Of a stretch of DNA of 64,000 nucleotides, positions 25,244 to 34,520 are shown one piece after another. A program made the translations under genes and the position numbers. Source of the stretch: a virus. Taxonomy: Duplodnaviria > Caudoviricetes. The stretch lies in the IMG/VR virus record IMGVR_UViG_3300037067_011215, positions 3,554-67,553 of that record. The stretch is one strand, 5' to 3'. The notes beneath the pieces were generated by a model. That model worked only from the letters and a program-made list of their open reading frames with translations. It did not search any database and was not told where the DNA came from. Position 1 is the first letter of the stretch; every line of letters begins with the position of its first letter.

Positions 25244-28210
25244 TCATCGTTTATCCTTATTCAATGACCATTTCTTTTCTCTTCCATGCGACTCCATCTT
25301 CAATATTCCAAGTGCATACAATTTCTGCATCGCACTTGTCACAATGTTAGTATCTACCCTTTTCGAAATTCCTCTCCGAATCGCACTCGAATTTGAGGAA
25401 GTTACTCGTCTCATCTTCTGCTCCCTCATAAACCCAACAATTCGTGCCATCACCGATTCTAATTCTTCATCATCTACAATGTCTGCGCTCTCCGAAATTA
25501 GCTCTATAATCTTCTCTTTACCTTCTGCATTTTTAATACCACTCGACGTTACCTTTACTCCCTTCCTCCCGTCCTTCTCTATCTTTCCCCCAACTCCCAA
25601 TTTCCGTATTATTTTTGCTACATTATCCGCTTCTTCACTCAAAACTCTTATATTGCTCAAATACTTGACTTTCTTCAGGTCGTCTTTCTGCATTATCACT
25701 AATTTCATTGTTTTTTCGTCACTTCTTAACGTCGATGATATCCGCAGAACCGAGTTTGTTGTTTCATCACTTATTATTGCTGCTGCAATTCCTTCATCCG
25801 CTACCGACCAGAAAGGTTGCGCGAAATTGCATCCATAAACAAACATTAGATTGAATTGATCAACATCCAATCCCCTTGATATTATCGAATTCTGGAAAAT
25901 TACTACTGGTTTTCCACTGCTCATTTCCCACTCCATGCCATTTTCTCTTTCAGATCTCACCGTTGCCGCCCCATTCAGCATTGATGCCGCAATTTCCTGC
26001 TCCCTCTTTGATCCTGTTAGCATTAAAAATGGAGTTCTTGAATTCGATTCAGAATTTCTCCAAACCGCCTTTGCAATATCCATTACTTTCTTTTTCTGAG
26101 CATTTCTTGCTCCTCTGTTATCCCCAATCTTCTTCTTTTCTACTCCAATTAATGTAAATCTATCATCATATATGAAATCTGGTATTATAATTTCTCTTCC
26201 GCCAAATTCGTTTGCAAATAATTCTGCTTTTGTCGCCCCTATGATGATTATTTTTTCTGTTTTCTGTAACCAATCCATAGCAAATGCTGGTTTTCTTTCA
26301 TCCCCTAGAATGTATATCGATTGGTACCCTCCCGGTTTCGAAATTACGTTGATCGGGTTTTCTTTATACAAATTTCCAATGCATCTTACGCATGTCTCTA
26401 TTCCTAAATCCTCCCCCTCTTCATGCTCCCCTTCATCCCTTACCTCACGGTGTTTTGGTGCGAATTGAATTAATGAATCCTCTATCTCGTCTGCAATATC
26501 TCCAACGCTCAAACCTTCATCAATTCCGTTGTCTATTATTTTTGAAATATCCTGTATTTTTTGCGCGTATTCTTTGAGTGCTGGTTTCTTTCTATGGTTT
26601 AAAATTTGGTCCAATTCTTTTTGTATTTGCGCTGATTTTGCTAAAAAGTTTTTCGAGGCACTTTCTCCAGCTCTTGTTTTTATTGTTGCCACTTCTAATG
26701 AAGTTGCGTAAAAATGATTCAATGTCGGTTCTTCGTCTATTATTGTCAGTTTTCTAGGAATTATGTTGTTGATGTTGTTCACTACTGTAAAACAGTAATT
26801 CGCATGTTTCTCAGCTATTTTTAATATGTAGTATGGACAGTAATTTTTTGGTATATCCCTTGCGGTCAAAACTTCTTTTTCTTTTAATAACTTTATCGCT
26901 GCTGATATCAGCTCGAAATGATTGTCTTTTCCATGTTTTAATGCACATTCTCCGCACTTCCTTTCGCCCGAATGTACGCAAGCTCCTGGTTGGTTCATTC
27001 CTATTATCCAAACTACTCCACGCATTCGTAGTTCTTTCGCTATTTTTATTTCGTGTTCTACTATTGCATGATTATGTGTGATATAATTTCCGCTTCCCGC
27101 ATCTGCCAGCCATTGACACGCCGAATGGCTTTTCCCTGTTCTTGGTGGTGCTCTTATTACAACCATTTCTCCTTCTGGTGCTCTCCTTGGAATTGCTACC
27201 AGTTCTTTCCGGTTCATCAATACTTCTTTTATTGGCGCATCTATTATCTTTTCTTCTATTAACCCCATTTCTTCTGCTTTTTGGAACACTTCACGGTATT
27301 GTTTCTTTGTTAAGCATCCTTTTCCTGCTTGCTCGCATGAAATAATACCTTCTTTCACTGCTAAAAGCTCAACCCATCCTCCTCCCGAATCGTGTCTAAA
27401 GCAATGCCATACTCCTTTTGATGGATTTATCGAGAAATTTCTACCAAATTTTGAATCATGGAATGGGTGCGTTCCTATAAATTCCGTTCCGCCATTCGCA
27501 TTTTCTACATTTCCTTTAGGCCATCCTATCCTTTCTATGTCTACTTCCTGGTGGCTATGCTGATTGCATCCATTTCTTTCGTATCTTATGTCTTTTGGCC
27601 TATCGTCTTTTTTCTTCAGTCTCGTTGGCTTCAATATTTCTAGTAAATCATCATATTTCAGTGTTGCTATTTCTGAATCGTCTATTATTTCATATCTGTT
27701 TCCAGAATAATGGATACAATTTGGGCCGATTGCGTAGTTTCCTTTCGATTGCACGGATCCCAATTCTAAAAATTCGTCTTCCTTTTCTGGATTCTTCAGT
27801 TCTTTGTCATGGAAAATCAGCCTTTTTTGCATTCCTTCTATTTTATACCAGTAATGCCGTCCTTCGCTGCTCTGTCTTCCCGTTTTCACTGTGAATGTTC
27901 TTGGTAACTTTTGTAGTATCCCAAGTTCTTCCAGTCTCCCGCATTGATCCGCATCGAAGCACTGTAGCCATCCAAAACCCGTTGCGATTCCGTAGTTTCC
28001 TCCTCCTCGAATATGCCCTACTAGAATCGGCTCATTAAAATTGTAGTTCTTCTCCGTTGTCCATTTTCTTTGTTTTGGCTTCTTGCCTTTTCCCACCAGT
28101 TTATCTATTAAAATAAAGCGCGATCCAAGGAAATCTTTCAGTTGTCTCGGAATTGTAATTTTAGCGCCATTTTTAAATACCTTTACGTCATTAGTATTGT
28201 TGCTGGTCAT
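25244..28210 (-). CDS. primase-polymerase (Prim-Pol/AEP) fused to Zn-binding domain and helicase-like ATPase
   Basis: GGNYGIATG...CFDAD; TVKTGR..GRHYW; WHCFRHDSGG; Walker A APPRTGKS; Walker B IIDEE; IISRGLD. Confidence 0.8.
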   Translation of the reverse strand: MTSNNTNDVKVFKNGAKITIPRQLKDFLGSRFILIDKLVGKGKKPKQRKWTTEKNYNFNEPILVGHIRGGGNYGIATGFGWLQCFDADQCGRLEELGILQKLPRTFTVKTGRQSSEGRHYWYKIEGMQKRLIFHDKELKNPEKEDEFLELGSVQSKGNYAIGPNCIHYSGNRYEIIDDSEIATLKYDDLLEILKPTRLKKKDDRPKDIRYERNGCNQHSHQEVDIERIGWPKGNVENANGGTEFIGTHPFHDSKFGRNFSINPSKGVWHCFRHDSGGGWVELLAVKEGIISCEQAGKGCLTKKQYREVFQKAEEMGLIEEKIIDAPIKEVLMNRKELVAIPRRAPEGEMVVIRAPPRTGKSHSACQWLADAGSGNYITHNHAIVEHEIKIAKELRMRGVVWIIGMNQPGACVHSGERKCGECALKHGKDNHFELISAAIKLLKEKEVLTARDIPKNYCPYYILKIAEKHANYCFTVVNNINNIIPRKLTIIDEEPTLNHFYATSLEVATIKTRAGESASKNFLAKSAQIQKELDQILNHRKKPALKEYAQKIQDISKIIDNGIDEGLSVGDIADEIEDSLIQFAPKHREVRDEGEHEEGEDLGIETCVRCIGNLYKENPINVISKPGGYQSIYILGDERKPAFAMDWLQKTEKIIIIGATKAELFANEFGGREIIIPDFIYDDRFTLIGVEKKKIGDNRGARNAQKKKVMDIAKAVWRNSESNSRTPFLMLTGSKREQEIAASMLNGAATVRSERENGMEWEMSSGKPVVIFQNSIISRGLDVDQFNLMFVYGCNFAQPFWSVADEGIAAAIISDETTNSVLRISSTLRSDEKTMKLVIMQKDDLKKVKYLSNIRVLSEEADNVAKIIRKLGVGGKIEKDGRKGVKVTSSGIKNAEGKEKIIELISESADIVDDEELESVMARIVGFMREQKMRRVTSSNSSAIRRGISKRVDTNIVTSAMQKLYALGILKMESHGREKKWSLNKDKR

Positions 28211-28245
28211 CTGAATATACCTCTTTGGTCAAGCAGCGCGTTTTC

Positions 28246-28273
28246 TGCGTCGATGTTTGGCGACATCGGCGCA
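28246..28273. repeat. hairpin upstream of primase-helicase RBS
   Basis: TGCGTCGATGT-TTGGCG-ACATCGGCGCA (one T-G). Confidence 0.75.
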
Positions 28274-28310
28274 TAGCGATTTTATTTTCTCTTGTCAAAA
28301 TGTGCATCGG

Positions 28311-28979
28311 TCAATAGTTTCCATTTGTTTTTACATAAGACTTTCTGGCAAGTTCCAGATATTTTTCTCCCCATTCTTGTAGCTCATCTGGCATCAATTC
28401 AACTAGCTGTGCACTTGTCCTTCTTACATAAGGTATTACTGCCTTTTCTACTTCCAGCCCCGCTGCAATAGCCCCTAGATAATATGCTCCCATCTGCAAC
28501 TTATGCGCCGTTTGCGGTCTTTTTGATGATTTCCAATCAAGAATAGATTTTAAATCATCCACCGGACCCCAATAATCCCAAGTTCCTGCGCTTTCTGACA
28601 GCAAATTTCCTTTTTCATCCCTGTCATCTATTATAATCGTGTGTTCTATTAGGTTTGGCTTTCCCAATATCAAATTCAGCAATCTCCATTGCTCTCTTCT
28701 TCCTTCTAACTCTTCATCCAAGTCTTTAGGCCACTCCCAAAATGGATATTCACCAGGAACTTCAACCGGAATGTCTGCATACATTTCCTGTAGTTGCATA
28801 TGCATGAACACTCCATATATTCTTGCTTTTCTTGTATATTCCGGCCAATCTGGATTTCGTTCTTTCCATGCATCAAGTTCTGCTCTCGGATATTCTTCAT
28901 GTATTATCGTTGTAACAGATCTTTTCTTTCTTCCCCCTATCAGATAATTTCCTTCCTTGTCTCTCAGTGCTTGGCTCAT
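28311..28979 (-). CDS. PD-(D/E)XK exonuclease (RecB/Cas4-like, no Fe-S cysteines)
   Basis: SVTTII; GVFMH; AGTWD...ILDWKSS; LQMGAY. Confidence 0.8.
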   Translation of the reverse strand: MSQALRDKEGNYLIGGRKKRSVTTIIHEEYPRAELDAWKERNPDWPEYTRKARIYGVFMHMQLQEMYADIPVEVPGEYPFWEWPKDLDEELEGRREQWRLLNLILGKPNLIEHTIIIDDRDEKGNLLSESAGTWDYWGPVDDLKSILDWKSSKRPQTAHKLQMGAYYLGAIAAGLEVEKAVIPYVRRTSAQLVELMPDELQEWGEKYLELARKSYVKTNGNY

Positions 28980-29278
28980 TCAATTACCACCTCTGCTTTT
29001 CTTCCCAAATTCAACAGTGCATCTACATATCCTAGATACTTTTCTCCTTCAGTTGTTATCGTATATATTCCGTCTTTGTCTCTCTTTATCCATTTCATTT
29101 TGTTTTCCATACAATTTGTTAATTCCGTTGCCAGTATATAATTTATTTCTGTTTTGTTTGATATTTTTGTTCTTTTTTCTCCTTTCTTTCTTATTAATCT
29201 CAATATCTCTATTGCTATATCCGTTCTCGATCTCGGATTCTTTCTTTTTCTCCTCTCTGCTATCACTTCTGGTTGCAT
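28976..29278 (-). CDS. winged-helix transcription regulator (methanogen ArsR-like type)
   Basis: RSRTDIAIEILR...KTEINY...IYTITTEGEKYL. Confidence 0.8.
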   Translation of the reverse strand: MQPEVIAERRKRKNPRSRTDIAIEILRLIRKKGEKRTKISNKTEINYILATELTNCMENKMKWIKRDKDGIYTITTEGEKYLGYVDALLNLGRKAEVVIE

Positions 29279-29279
29279 G

Positions 29280-29303
29280 AATACTTATTCGCAATACTTA
29301 TTC
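29280..29303 (-). promoter_or_regulatory. tandem 11-bp repeat directly upstream of wHTH start (candidate operator)
   Basis: AATACTTATTC at 29280-29290 and 29293-29303; TATA-like TATAAATTT at about 29335-29343 on the minus strand. Confidence 0.4.
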
Positions 29304-29466
29304 ATAAGGCTTGTGGTTGCTCCACTATCAGTTAAATTTATATGTCATCAAAATAGATTAAGTCCATACCTCGTTTCCCTCCGAGGCGTGTCATGTCGTC
29401 TGCTGGCAACGTGCGGCGTTTCTCTTCCTTTGGCCGCACGCTTCCATTTATCTGCTTGTTATCTAC

Positions 29467-30216
29467 TCAACTTGATTTTGTCAGTAGTGCTTTGATCTCT
29501 ATCCCGTCATTGTCTGTTGTTGCCTCTATCCCTGTTACTAAACAGTTTACACACAATTTCTTTATCTCCTTCGGTTCAACTGTTTGCGTATATGTGCTAT
29601 TTCCTTTGTATTCAAACACATTTCCATTTTTATCTATCAATTTTACTCCTACTAGACCTTTCCACCTCATATCTCCTATATTCTCGAATTCCCAACAAAA
29701 CCAATTATTTTCTCCTACCAAAATTGGTGTTGGAATCGATTGGTTTGCTTCATTTAATGTTGCTCTTAATACGGCTCCGATTGATTTTGTTGTTGCTTCT
29801 TCCGTTGTTTCCTCTTCTTTTACTAATGTTGCATAAGTGTTTGTGTACTTTCCCGCATACACCACAAATGCGATATCTTGTGCTATATATCCATCTTTAC
29901 TTAGTGTTGCCGCATATGCTCCTTCATCTAAGTCTATTACCGTGTCAGTTGTTCCTACCGAATTCCCGTCTACTATTACATTTGCTTTTATTCCATCTGC
30001 GCTTATCACTACTCCGCTTTTTTCTGTTTCTTCCTCATCTCCTGTTGCACAAAATCCTTCATTTTCGTACAAAAATTCTAAATCTTCCGAATACAAATTA
30101 AATAATCCATTCAGATTTTCTAAAGTAGCATTCATCCAGCTATCTTTGTTTATGCATTTCTTTTCTCCTGCCCCGAATTCCTCTGCAAGTGTCTGTTTTC
30201 GCGAGTCGTATAACAT
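29467..30216 (-). CDS. PEGA + Ig-like domain virion/surface protein
   Basis: ANVIVDGNSVGTT...GAYAATLSKDGY (PEGA); WEFENIGDMRWKG (Ig-like). Confidence 0.7.
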   Translation of the reverse strand: MLYDSRKQTLAEEFGAGEKKCINKDSWMNATLENLNGLFNLYSEDLEFLYENEGFCATGDEEETEKSGVVISADGIKANVIVDGNSVGTTDTVIDLDEGAYAATLSKDGYIAQDIAFVVYAGKYTNTYATLVKEEETTEEATTKSIGAVLRATLNEANQSIPTPILVGENNWFCWEFENIGDMRWKGLVGVKLIDKNGNVFEYKGNSTYTQTVEPKEIKKLCVNCLVTGIEATTDNDGIEIKALLTKSS

Positions 30217-30218
30217 TT

Positions 30219-31778
30219 TTAGATTCCTCCCGAAGATCCTATTTCATCTATTTCTATTACCGTTGTCTCTCCTCCTTCTGCGTCTAACAATGTTACATTT
30301 CCTGCATCTACCAATGCTTGTGCCGATGTCAAATTGCCTGTTACTAGATAATACACATATAAAACATCTTCTTTGCTTATTAGAGATGGAAATGCACTGC
30401 TTTCTATTGTAGTTACCGATTCTGCGAATGTTTTCCAAGTGTAGTTACTTGTTACCCTCATTTTGTATATGCAGAACAGATAAAGATACTTCTCTCTTGT
30501 TAATGTATGTATTCCTCCAATTCCTTTTATGAATGTTGATATACTTGGTCCAATTTTCGTTAGGTTGATTGTTTTTGATACTGGATAACTCCCTATTGTT
30601 ACAGGTGTTTCTCTTGTTTTGTATCCATCTGCTTTTACCTGTATAGTGTAGCTTCCTTTTGTCATTACAATTGTTGTATTTACTGTACCTAAGTGTTTTC
30701 CGTTTGATTTATCCCATATAGTTGCATTTTGCACGTTACATTCCACGTATAATTGTTCTGTCGTCGATTCTACTTTGTCAGATGACGATGAACTTTTTCC
30801 CAATCCCCCACCGCTTCCAGATCCCCCGCTTTCTGCTTCTTGTTGTTTTGCTCCGCACAATGTTCCTACACATGTCCACCAATCGTTATTTGATAAATCA
30901 GTTATTCCTTCTTCTGTTAATATCGTTGTTTGCTCATCTATCGTTTTTCCTTCTAATTGACCGCTTGCCAATAGTTTTGCATATCCCGCTGCATTGAATG
31001 ACCACGTTGCACTGTCATACCCTTCTTTTTTCTTTATTTCAGATATGAAATCGTTGTTATATCCTCCTTTTCCGTCATTTAGTGTTGGATCGAATATTCT
31101 TCCTGCTCCATCCACCACGTCAAATTCAATTGTGTTTCCTAAATGGTCTTTCCATTTCATTGTTCCGTATGTTGCATCTATTACTATATCGTCTGGTGCA
31201 ATATTTCTGTAGTCTTTGAATATTTCTGCATATTGTGTCTTCAATTCTATGTCATTGTTTACTATTTTCTTTGCGTCATCTACCGATGCTTTTGACATTC
31301 CTCCTACCAATCTCACTAATATGTCTGTATTTCCTTTCTTTGCTTCTGCTTTTGCATATTCTACGATTTTCAGTGCTTCTTTATCTCCTGCTTTTATGTA
31401 CTGCATTAGGTATGCATCATCATTTGCTTTATTCCAATCAAATTTTCCAGGTAATTTAGTCCATTCTTCATTTCCTTCCGCTTGAGCGATTGCATTCCAT
31501 GCTCCGCTTTCTATTAGTTGCGGTTTTATTGCCAATAAGTCAGTATTTGTCTTCGTTTCTGCTAGAATTGAAGCAGTTGTATATTTTACGTTCGAATCAC
31601 TATTTGTTAATAGCCCATTCAATTCTTCTGCTCCTATATCTCCTCCTTCTATTCCTGCTCTCACTGAATCCTCGAAATTATCTGCATTTTTCAATAGATC
31701 TATTGCTTCACTATCAGACATTCCTTTATCTTTTAGTTGCTGTAGTGCTTTTGAGAATCCTATACTGCACACCATCAC
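30219..31778 (-). CDS. virion-like protein with Gly/Ser linker and C-terminal PEGA domain
   Basis: LYVECNVQNATIW...GSYTIQVKADGYKT. Confidence 0.65.
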   Translation of the reverse strand: MMVCSIGFSKALQQLKDKGMSDSEAIDLLKNADNFEDSVRAGIEGGDIGAEELNGLLTNSDSNVKYTTASILAETKTNTDLLAIKPQLIESGAWNAIAQAEGNEEWTKLPGKFDWNKANDDAYLMQYIKAGDKEALKIVEYAKAEAKKGNTDILVRLVGGMSKASVDDAKKIVNNDIELKTQYAEIFKDYRNIAPDDIVIDATYGTMKWKDHLGNTIEFDVVDGAGRIFDPTLNDGKGGYNNDFISEIKKKEGYDSATWSFNAAGYAKLLASGQLEGKTIDEQTTILTEEGITDLSNNDWWTCVGTLCGAKQQEAESGGSGSGGGLGKSSSSSDKVESTTEQLYVECNVQNATIWDKSNGKHLGTVNTTIVMTKGSYTIQVKADGYKTRETPVTIGSYPVSKTINLTKIGPSISTFIKGIGGIHTLTREKYLYLFCIYKMRVTSNYTWKTFAESVTTIESSAFPSLISKEDVLYVYYLVTGNLTSAQALVDAGNVTLLDAEGGETTVIEIDEIGSSGGI

Positions 31779-34510
31779 TCATCACCTCCGCACGCAGCAT
31801 TCAGTATTGCATTTGCCGTTTCTTTCTTGTCTGTTCCTGCTGCATCTCTCACTTCTTCCAGTGACATATCATTGAAATTCTTTTCTACATACGGTTTTAC
31901 GAATCCTGTTCCTTCGCCGGATTTTGCTACGTCTTTCATCGTTATTGAGTTATCTTTTTCTTTCATCTTATCGAATTGTAATTCTCCTGTTTCAGTGTCC
32001 TTGAATCCTTCATTTACTTTCTTCTTTTCATCCTGTTTTAATTGTTGGTATGTCTTTTTGTCCAGCAAATTTCTACTATAAACACTTTCTCCGTCTTCTG
32101 GCAAATTTACTTCTCCCGTTTCTCCTGAAGCTGCTGTTCCTCCTGAAGCCGCTGTTCCTCCTGAAGCTGTCCCTCCTCCAATTCCAGTTAGTTTCTCCAA
32201 TGCTTCTCTTTCTGTTTTTCCATCTCTTTCCATGATATATTTTACTTCTATTTCTACTGACCTTTTTGCTGCCTGCTCTCCTATTCCATCCCGTTTCATT
32301 GCATTTTCTATTGCTTTCTGCTTCAATTCTTCATCTGATATGCTACCTGTTCCTATCGCTGATGTTCCTTTACCAGTTTCTTTACTATCTCCCCATTTCA
32401 TTATCTCTTCTACGAATGTCTTATCTCCGTCTTTCCATGTCTTTGCATCATCCCCTAGCCCACCTCTTAATTTATTCAGTGTTGCATAATCCATTCCGCT
32501 TGTATCACCAGTTTTCCAGTAATGATATAGAGCTTCCATGCTTGCCTGATCTAATGTAGATCCATCAGGTGCCAATATCGTATCATTTCCGTTTGAATAT
32601 TTTCTTATCCAGTTTGCATCTCCTGTGCTATATAATGCTTTTCTGTTTTCGCTATAGAATTTTTGCATTTCTTCTTCTGTTTTTGCTCTATATCCTAATA
32701 TGCTATTGTCTTTTTCTACCAATCCCATCTTTTCTAGCTCTATGAACATTCGTCTGTAGTTGTTGTTTACTGATTCCATGTTGTCTTGCATTGGCCCAGA
32801 TATATATGATCTAATGTAATCTCCGTAAATAGGTATTGACAAGAATAAACTATATGGCAATTCTTCCATTAAGTTGTTCCATCTTCCTAAAAAGCTGTTT
32901 ATTCCTTGTATGCACTTATCACATAGCAATTTCTCGAAAATTGCATCTGGTGTTTCATCTCCTGTCTTGAACTGTTCATATAATCCCATCATTTCGGCTA
33001 TGTTTGTCGGTGTTGATGTTCCAAACCACAGCAATGACTGTGGAATTGCATACAAGAATGTTACTGCGAATCCTGTTATTCCTATTCCCGTTGTTACTAA
33101 TGCTTTAGTAGAACCAAGTATTGATTTGCTGTTTTTTGATCCACTGATTATTCTTGTTTTGTCTGTGTCTTCCAGCGTATCTAATTTTCTCAGTGCTCTT
33201 TTTACCTTATCCCATCCTTCTGCTGTTACTTTATTTCCTATGTTCTTCAATACTTCTAAATCGCCTCCACTTACTCCTTTTCCGTTTACTATATTTGTCA
33301 GTACTCTGTTTTCTTGCTTATTCAGCCCCTTTCCGAACAAAATCTCTTCTGCTTTCTTTGTGTATTCCAATTCTTCATCTATCTTTCGTATTTCTTCGAT
33401 TGCGTCTCTTCTAAATATTTCATCGGCTACCTGCTGTCCTTCAGTTCTCTTAATCAGATCATATTTTGCTTTTGCATTTTCTGCTGTTATTTGTGTGTAG
33501 TCATATTTCTTTAAAAATTCTGATTCTCTTTTCCATTTTTCCGCATCTACTTGATTTATGTTCTTTGCTTTTATCTGCAATTCTGCTAATCTAGTAGATT
33601 CCGGTGATAGTTCGTTTCTCAATACAATTTTTGTTAATTCCGTTTCTGTTACTGCATCTTTTATTTGCTTTTCTCCAATGTTTGCACTTACCACTCTGAT
33701 TTTCTCTATTGCTGCATCTACTTCTCCCCATGTTATGTTCTTGTCTTTATTTGCTGCGTTCGATAGTGTTCTATATGCATCATTCACTGTTTGTTTTATT
33801 GAATCTGGTAGCTTTTCATATGTTTTTAGTGCGTCTTGCCCCAATCTCGCTATCTCATTTGCATCTTCTTCTGTTTTCTCTAGTGATGATATTTTTCTTA
33901 GTGCATTATCTACCTTTTCTATTGTATCCAGCCTTCTTGTGCTGTCGTCTAATCTATCATATAGCGCACTTTTTACTATCGTTGCTACATCATTCATTCT
34001 TTCTTCATATACCTGCAATACTTCTAAGTCCTGCCTCGATAAGAATCCTTCACCATTTGCTAAATCTATCCTATTCGATATATCTTCTCCATATTTCTCC
34101 TTCAACCCATTTATTTTCTCCTGCTTGAATGTTTTTTCTAATTCTCTTCCCACCGCGTCATTTGCTCCGAATTCTCCTTTAAACCACTGTACCATTTCTG
34201 CTCTCAATTGTGTGTAATCGTGTATTGATAGTGAATTTATATATTCTCTGACTTGTTCATCTCCTGTCATCATCTTTATTAAATCATTACTCGGTGACTT
34301 TTCTTTTGTTCCCATCACATATTTTGATATTTCTTCTGATATGTTGCTTGTTTTTATTGGATCTGCAATTGATTGTTCTCCTTGTGATTTCAATGTCCTT
34401 AATGGATTCAGTATACTATCTATTTTGTTTTTTCCATATGAAATCCCGATTTTCACTTCCGCATCTGATAACTCAGATGCGGCATTGTCCAAATCATCAC
34501 ATATCGTCAT
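31775..34510 (-). CDS. large helical protein with central TM segment (internal virion/ejection-like)
   Basis: 911 aa, coiled-coil pattern, hydrophobic ALVTTGIGITGFAVTFLYAIP; (GGTAAS) repeats. Confidence 0.65.
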   Translation of the reverse strand: MTICDDLDNAASELSDAEVKIGISYGKNKIDSILNPLRTLKSQGEQSIADPIKTSNISEEISKYVMGTKEKSPSNDLIKMMTGDEQVREYINSLSIHDYTQLRAEMVQWFKGEFGANDAVGRELEKTFKQEKINGLKEKYGEDISNRIDLANGEGFLSRQDLEVLQVYEERMNDVATIVKSALYDRLDDSTRRLDTIEKVDNALRKISSLEKTEEDANEIARLGQDALKTYEKLPDSIKQTVNDAYRTLSNAANKDKNITWGEVDAAIEKIRVVSANIGEKQIKDAVTETELTKIVLRNELSPESTRLAELQIKAKNINQVDAEKWKRESEFLKKYDYTQITAENAKAKYDLIKRTEGQQVADEIFRRDAIEEIRKIDEELEYTKKAEEILFGKGLNKQENRVLTNIVNGKGVSGGDLEVLKNIGNKVTAEGWDKVKRALRKLDTLEDTDKTRIISGSKNSKSILGSTKALVTTGIGITGFAVTFLYAIPQSLLWFGTSTPTNIAEMMGLYEQFKTGDETPDAIFEKLLCDKCIQGINSFLGRWNNLMEELPYSLFLSIPIYGDYIRSYISGPMQDNMESVNNNYRRMFIELEKMGLVEKDNSILGYRAKTEEEMQKFYSENRKALYSTGDANWIRKYSNGNDTILAPDGSTLDQASMEALYHYWKTGDTSGMDYATLNKLRGGLGDDAKTWKDGDKTFVEEIMKWGDSKETGKGTSAIGTGSISDEELKQKAIENAMKRDGIGEQAAKRSVEIEVKYIMERDGKTEREALEKLTGIGGGTASGGTAASGGTAASGETGEVNLPEDGESVYSRNLLDKKTYQQLKQDEKKKVNEGFKDTETGELQFDKMKEKDNSITMKDVAKSGEGTGFVKPYVEKNFNDMSLEEVRDAAGTDKKETANAILNAACGGDE
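32123..32176. repeat. 18-bp tandem repeat, about 3 copies (codes GGTAAS)
   Basis: TCCTGAAGCYGCTGTTCC units. Confidence 0.85.
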
Positions 34511-34520
34511 TTCTAGTTCC

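Noticed and set aside
28311-28979. Cas4 / CRISPR adaptation gene
   Set aside because: Lacks the four Fe-S cysteines and any cas1 or array context; ordinary viral PD-(D/E)XK exonuclease.
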